Origin: an uncultured Candidatus Saccharibacteria bacterium
GTDB taxonomy: Bacteria > Patescibacteriota > Saccharimonadia > Saccharimonadales > CAZARM01
Assembly (NCBI GenBank): GCA_964463635.1
Contig: CAYXCB010000003.1
Location: 1-61,911 of the forward strand
Direction: 5' to 3'
DNA length: 61,911 nucleotides
Shown piece by piece: positions 57,032-61,911 of the stretch. The notes beneath the pieces are model-generated. The model worked only from the letters and a program-made list of their open reading frames with translations. It did no database searches and had not been told where the DNA came from. The translations under genes were made by a program, and so were the position numbers. The first letter of the stretch is position 1, and each line of letters opens with the position of its first letter.

Positions 57032-57790
57032 TTACTCCACCCGCTTTAACAGTTCTTTGGTAAATTGCTTATAGGCTCTGGCCCCTTTTGACCACTTGTC
57101 GTGTTCAACAATTGCTTTGCCAAAACTGGGTGCTTCGGCTAGCCGCACGTTCCTGGGAATTATAGTCGCAAATAGTTTATCCGTAAAATATTTTTTGAGT
57201 TCATCATAAACTTGTTCAGCCAAGCTAGTCCGGCTATCAAACATAGTTACGACGACGCCCAGTAATTCTAGGTTTGTGTTCAAGCCCTGCCGGACGCGTT
57301 GGACCACGGACAAAAGTTGGCTCAACCCTTCAAGCGCGTAATATTCGGCTTGGACCGGAATCAATAAATTATCTGCTGCGCTCAAAGCATTAAGAGTTAG
57401 CAGTCCGAGCGCCGGCGGACAGTCAATAATTATAAAATCGTAAGTCAAACCCTGCAACGCTTTTTTTAGTTGAAGCTCGCGTTCCTGTTTGCCGACTAGG
57501 TCGACTTCAGCTGAAGCCAAATTGGCGTTGGCCGGCAGGACAAAAAGTCCCGGAATTGAAACTTCATGGATCGTCTTATCAACCGAGGCCTGGCCGAACA
57601 AAACTTCCAGAACTGTGGCTTCGATTTTCTGTTTGTCCAAGCCGAGTCCGCTAGTGGTGTTTCCTTGAGGATCAAAGTCTACCAGTAAAACTGTTTTGCC
57701 AGACTTGGCTAAATACGCCGCCGTGTTAATAGCAGTGGTCGTTTTGCCCACGCCGCCTTTTTGATTAAGGACTGCAATAACCTTAGTCAT
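57032..57790 (-). CDS. parA: Chromosome partitioning ATPase ParA/Soj
   Basis: NQKGGVGKTT, D.DPQGN, IDCPP, PVQAEYYALEG, PRNVRLAEAPS. Confidence 0.97.
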   Translation of the reverse strand: MTKVIAVLNQKGGVGKTTTAINTAAYLAKSGKTVLLVDFDPQGNTTSGLGLDKQKIEATVLEVLFGQASVDKTIHEVSIPGLFVLPANANLASAEVDLVGKQERELQLKKALQGLTYDFIIIDCPPALGLLTLNALSAADNLLIPVQAEYYALEGLSQLLSVVQRVRQGLNTNLELLGVVVTMFDSRTSLAEQVYDELKKYFTDKLFATIIPRNVRLAEAPSFGKAIVEHDKWSKGARAYKQFTKELLKRVE

Positions 57791-58102
57791 ATCTGTTTTT
57801 CGTTTCCCCTCATATCTGCTAACAGATTACCACTAAAGACATAAGGAGTAAATGGCTGAAAAATCAGCTTTAATCTCAGCTTTTACCAGCAGTTCATATG
57901 CAACTTATGGTTGCTTATGCCACGTCGCAAAATATTATTGTCCGCCGTAAACCTGTTTTACCCTCAAGCCCTACAGACTAAGCAGTAGTCGAGTGATGCT
58001 CCTTAGGGGTGCTCCTTTGCCGAGACAGTGCTACTAAGACAGTGAAACTAGTACTATCCGGCTAGCCATGCGATAACAATTACCTCTGTCATTATCTATC
58101 AT

Positions 58103-58129
58103 AGTTTCCAAGAACCGTCCTTGGAAACT
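58103..58129. repeat. REP-like hairpin, type B copy 1
   Basis: AGTTTCCAAG-AACCGTC-CTTGGAAACT. Confidence 0.9.
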
Positions 58130-58135
58130 CTTCGC

Positions 58136-58747
58136 TTAGACGTTGGCAAGCTCGAGTTTTAATTCTTTGAGTATTTGTTTGTGGCCTTCGAAATCCTTTA
58201 AGAAGCGGCTGTAGTCTTCCGAGTTAGAAAACAGCTGCAATATAAGTCCGGGTCTTACCCACTCTGCTGTTTTTGCGCCTAGATAATAGGGTAGGCTGGA
58301 AAACTCCCAAGTGGCGTAATTTTCAGGGTTTAGATGTATGTATCGCGATATATGATGTAGATAGTCGTCACGAGTAATACGCGAGGCTTTAAAACGATCT
58401 TGAAACAGAGGTCCGATACGCTTGTATTTCTTGTTAAAATAAGTGCTGTAGGCAGTACCCACCCCTCTTAACAATCTGGTCATAGCTTCCGGATCGTGCT
58501 GGTAGATGAGCAAGTGCCAGTGGTTCGACATAAGGCAGAATGCCAAAAGTTCAACCCTTTCATGCAGCCATTCATAATTACGCCCCTTTAGATCAGCAGA
58601 TGGAGAGTCGTTTAAATAACGCTTAAACAAGTTTAAAAACACGCTATAGTCTTCCGTATCCAAAAATACTGACTGCTTGTTCACGCCACGATTATAGAGG
58701 TGATAATAACCTTCGGTGTATTCTTTAATCCTATTACGGCTGGCCAT
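58136..58747 (-). CDS. REP-associated tyrosine transposase (RAYT/Y1 HUH), second paralog
   Basis: YHLYNRGVN, FCLMSNHWH, G.LFQ.RF, RYIHLNP. Confidence 0.92.
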   Translation of the reverse strand: MASRNRIKEYTEGYYHLYNRGVNKQSVFLDTEDYSVFLNLFKRYLNDSPSADLKGRNYEWLHERVELLAFCLMSNHWHLLIYQHDPEAMTRLLRGVGTAYSTYFNKKYKRIGPLFQDRFKASRITRDDYLHHISRYIHLNPENYATWEFSSLPYYLGAKTAEWVRPGLILQLFSNSEDYSRFLKDFEGHKQILKELKLELANV

Positions 58748-58774
58748 ATACCTACTCTACACCGGGCTTAAGCA

Positions 58775-58799
58775 ATTTCCAAGGACGGTTCTTGGAAAT
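58775..58799. repeat. REP-like hairpin, type B copy 2 (inverted relative to copy 1)
   Basis: ATTTCCAAG-GACGGTT-CTTGGAAAT. Confidence 0.9.
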
Positions 58800-58822
58800 A
58801 GTTGCTATTTCTATGGTGAATC

Positions 58823-59392
58823 TTAGTTGAAAGTAAGTGTTTCAAATGATGGCCTAAAATATTCCTGCTCCACTGTGGCGTACTCAGCGGCTGTTGCTTG
58901 GGCAGCTAAATAGAAGGCTGTGTCGTCGTCTTTCATGATTATTAGTAGCCTCTGTTTGATTATTTCTCCAGTTGTGCCTTTGTATTCAAAGATTACTTCG
59001 GCTGCTGTTCGGCCGGCCTGTTCTAAACGGCGCACGCTGACCTGACGATAGTCTGGAAAACGCTGAGGGAAAGCTTTGCCGGCGTTAGACAATATCAATT
59101 GGATCGGTTCAATCCCGGCCAGCGCCGCTGCCTGCCTAATGTCCTCTTCGTAGCGCAACGTGATCAGAAACTGATCTTTGACCCCTTGACCTGGGCTGCC
59201 TCTAAATATTATATGGTAAGCCGTGTCATCATCTGTAAGTTGCTCGGCTTTTATAGTCCCTTTGTAGCTAAACTTAGTTTGAGTCTCAGCATGGTTGAAT
59301 GTCTCTAGAGGTTCTGGGAGCAACAGCCCATAACCAAGGCCGGTAGCAACACCCAGGGACAACGCTAACAAAAGCCACAACCATCGTTTCAT
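58823..59392 (-). CDS. Exported PsbP-like hypothetical protein
   Basis: N-terminal TM/signal, FSY, C-terminal F.PSFETLTF. Confidence 0.6.
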   Translation of the reverse strand: MKRWLWLLLALSLGVATGLGYGLLLPEPLETFNHAETQTKFSYKGTIKAEQLTDDDTAYHIIFRGSPGQGVKDQFLITLRYEEDIRQAAALAGIEPIQLILSNAGKAFPQRFPDYRQVSVRRLEQAGRTAAEVIFEYKGTTGEIIKQRLLIIMKDDDTAFYLAAQATAAEYATVEQEYFRPSFETLTFN

Positions 59393-59438
59393 CCCTACAT
59401 CATATCAAACTGTTAGTGCCAAAACGGGCTGGCACAGA

Positions 59439-59465
59439 TATTTCCAAGGACGGTTCTTGGAAATA
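59439..59465. repeat. REP-like hairpin, type B copy 3 (direct to copy 2)
   Basis: TATTTCCAAG-GACGGTT-CTTGGAAATA. Confidence 0.9.
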
Positions 59466-59505
59466 GTGTCAGAGATGAGTTGGGTGGAGTTATAAATATG
59501 AGTGT

Positions 59506-61911
59506 TTAGTTGTTGGCTGTAGCCGTTGCGACCCAACGATCATTCATATAGATAAGGCTAATACTGTCTTCTGGCCCAAGTGTAATTGATCCCCCTGGTA
59601 CATTAACAACGCCGGCTGAATCTGTAATGGTAAAGTCAAATTCTGTGCCATCAAGCTCATTGTTGGTGATTATGAGAATATCGCCATCCTTGGCGCCGGT
59701 CTCACTAACAACCAGGTCGGGTGTGCCGGCATTGGCGGTTTCGTCTATATCTAGCCTTATGTAACTGGCCGTAGGTGTAAGCGTATCGTTGGCTATTCCA
59801 TCGTCTGTCAACGTCAGTGTTTGGGCACCGAGGCCAAACTTATCCTCAATGAACAGGCTGGCGCCGGAGCCGGTTAGCTCTACCCTGGCATCGGTAGCGT
59901 TGTCGTAGGCCAGCGTGGCGTCTTGGTCTAGGCCTAGCTTGATGCCATTGTTATCGCCCACGTAGAGCTCGTCAAATTCAGCCGTAGCGGAGCCTAGATC
60001 GATAGTACCGGCCGCGTTTGGTAAATAATTGCCGGAAGAGGTAATGCCGACAACGGCGGCAATCGTACCAGAGGAATTAACTTGGAAGAGATCACCAGAA
60101 CCAACAGTCAATGCTGCCAGTGGGGTGGTGTCGCCGATGCCGACGTTGCCGGCGTTGGCTTCGGTTACCAAGGCGTATTTGTTGGTGATGGTACCGTTGT
60201 TGATGGGTGCTAATACGTAGAGGCCGTAGGCATTGGTAATGGTGCCGGTGGAGGTGTTGTCTACTTTGCTTATTAATCCGTAGGCATTGGTAATGGTGCC
60301 GGTGGAGGTGTTTTGGGGGTTAACGAAGCTACCGTACGCATTATTAACCGTCCCGCTCGAGGTGTTTTGCGGTTGCATGTTTGCGGCGAAGAGAAAAGCT
60401 AGTGCGCCAGAAGAGGCAGTGAATGTGGGATTAATATATAAGCCTTGCAATGTCGTGGCGGCTACTGATTGGGCGCCTTTCAGGGTGGCTATAGTACTAC
60501 TGCCCGCTGCGGCGCTGTTTCCCACTACTTCCAGCCGACGGTTGGCAAACGTTTTGCCGGTACTATCGACTTCAAATACCGTACCGACTGTGCGTGTATC
60601 GCGCAGTAAGAGGTATGAACTGGTTGGGGTTGTCGGCCAAGTGGTAGCAGAAGGGTTGTCGATGACGATGCCATAGGCATCGATTGCAGGCTGGATCCAT
60701 ATAGATTGAGTAGCTCCCGGCGTGAAAGTTTGGCCGGCTTCGCCGCGAATTCCCGTGGCCAGATGTAGTCCGCCTGCCAATCCCAAACCGCCTCTTGGAT
60801 CTAGGCGTGCCAAAACAGGTGAACGGTTGCCGGCGACATAGCCGGCGGTATTGGTGGTGGTGGTAAAGGTCGAACCATTGAGGTCAAAGGTGGTGGTATT
60901 AATAACCGTTAGCTTCCACCACTTGTTATCCAGGGCTGCTTGAGTGGTGCCGGTGATGAGCATGATGTCACCGGTTGAGAGGCCATGGGCACTGCTGGTG
61001 GTGATCCTCACCACGCCTGAACCGTTATTGGCTACTGTGCTAATTGTTACTCCTATGGTGGTGTTGTCTTGAATATTGGCATCGCTTGAGCTAAGTGCTG
61101 CGAAAAACTGACCTTCAGAGTACCCATTGGGACCAAGGTCTCCCCAAGTGGTGGAGTTTGAGGCTTTTAAGATGATGCCGCTCTCAGCATCACTTGCTGA
61201 ACCTGGAAAAAGTGTCAAGAGACTTGCACTGTTGTTGACGCCTGTTACTTGACCTAAGCGAATCAGATTACTTCGTATTGAAAGCATGTCGGTAGGGGTT
61301 GTCGTGCCGATGCCGACTCTGCCTGTGGCATCAATCACGAATGGGGTGGTGTCGCCGAATGTGCCGTCATCGTTGACCCGGAAAGCGTCAGCCGTGCCGG
61401 CTTGGGTAACTTCCAGAGTTTGGTCAGTGGCAAGGTCAGCTAGCGTGATCTGGATGTTACGCCCTGTGGTACCAGTGATAGTATTGCCGACATTGTAAGC
61501 ACTTTGTAAGGTGGCGGCTCCCCCACCTGTTAGACAATTGCCAGATGAGGAACATAGATCATAAGTGCCGGCAGCGGCATCAGCCAAGCGATAGGTTATG
61601 TCGGCAGTAGGGTTAACGACCGTCAGGACTGTTTCGCTGGCATCGGCGGCAGTACCTTCCCAGATCAGTGAGCCATCAGCACCCTGGACACCGAATAGAT
61701 CGCCATTGCCAACGGTTAGACTGTATGCCGGAGAGGAATCACCGATGCCGACGTTGCCGCCGAAGTAGTTCACTCCGCTACCTTCTGAGTATAAGTTGTA
61801 GCTGAGTACCGAGCCGACGGCCGACTGATCCTGAATATAAATGCCGTAGTTATTGCTAACGGTGCCGCCGCCGCTATTAACGGCCGAAGCAACCTGTAAG
61901 CCGTAGTTATT
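59506..61911 (-). CDS. Large T/G/N-rich surface/fibre-like protein, 5' end outside the window
   Basis: Frame open to the window edge; GNVGIG repeats, 18-aa NTSTGTITNAYG repeats, ITTSSAHGLSTGD module. Confidence 0.8.
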   Translation of the reverse strand, partial: NNYGLQVASAVNSGGGTVSNNYGIYIQDQSAVGSVLSYNLYSEGSGVNYFGGNVGIGDSSPAYSLTVGNGDLFGVQGADGSLIWEGTAADASETVLTVVNPTADITYRLADAAAGTYDLCSSSGNCLTGGGAATLQSAYNVGNTITGTTGRNIQITLADLATDQTLEVTQAGTADAFRVNDDGTFGDTTPFVIDATGRVGIGTTTPTDMLSIRSNLIRLGQVTGVNNSASLLTLFPGSASDAESGIILKASNSTTWGDLGPNGYSEGQFFAALSSSDANIQDNTTIGVTISTVANNGSGVVRITTSSAHGLSTGDIMLITGTTQAALDNKWWKLTVINTTTFDLNGSTFTTTTNTAGYVAGNRSPVLARLDPRGGLGLAGGLHLATGIRGEAGQTFTPGATQSIWIQPAIDAYGIVIDNPSATTWPTTPTSSYLLLRDTRTVGTVFEVDSTGKTFANRRLEVVGNSAAAGSSTIATLKGAQSVAATTLQGLYINPTFTASSGALAFLFAANMQPQNTSSGTVNNAYGSFVNPQNTSTGTITNAYGLISKVDNTSTGTITNAYGLYVLAPINNGTITNKYALVTEANAGNVGIGDTTPLAALTVGSGDLFQVNSSGTIAAVVGITSSGNYLPNAAGTIDLGSATAEFDELYVGDNNGIKLGLDQDATLAYDNATDARVELTGSGASLFIEDKFGLGAQTLTLTDDGIANDTLTPTASYIRLDIDETANAGTPDLVVSETGAKDGDILIITNNELDGTEFDFTITDSAGVVNVPGGSITLGPEDSISLIYMNDRWVATATANN

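Noticed and set aside
57791-58100. ncRNA or small gene upstream of parA
   Set aside because: Only short stems and a GACAGTG direct repeat; candidate reading frames are interrupted by stops; no recognisable RNA family
58103-58129. parS sites near parAB
   Set aside because: The palindromes do not match TGTTTCACGTGAAACA and instead flank the RAYT gene
1-61911. tRNA, rRNA or tmRNA genes
   Set aside because: No cloverleaf or rRNA-like segments recognised in the intergenic gaps by eye; a tRNAscan/Infernal run would be needed to exclude them

Overview
Chromosomal segment that is most likely from a Patescibacteria/CPR bacterium, probably Saccharibacteria. This is inferred from the alpha2-type GlyRS, class I LysRS, short EF-Ts, heliorhodopsin, paired CHAP hydrolases after ftsEX, a giant low-complexity surface protein and widespread leaderless-type promoters. 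The backbone is mostly minus-strand housekeeping genes (def, glyQS, recO, xseAB, rpmA, pyrG, ctpA, ftsEX, prfB, secA, hpf, serS, msrA, lysS, greA, proS, rseP, uppS, frr, tsf, rpsB, rpmE, prfA, prmC, lepB, parAB). It is dotted with palindrome-bounded elements: (i) a PaaX/Cas2-like gene bracketed by two 38-bp symmetric sites that overlap its start and stop codons; (ii) a 3.55-kb IS1595-family element with 27-bp IRs and an 8-bp TSD carrying a replication-relaxation gene; (iii) two RAYT (Y1 HUH) transposases, each with its own 23-bp REP-like hairpins; (iv) two copies of a covarying structured motif (rpmE 5' leader and 13.75 kb); (v) a 106-bp MITE splitting the ftsE/ftsX overlap; and (vi) heptamer hairpins and in-frame palindromic inserts. 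The first ~450 bp hold an integron attC site plus cassette ORF fused to a truncated NYN gene, probably an assembly chimera. All protein calls come from motif recognition by eye; no database searches were run.
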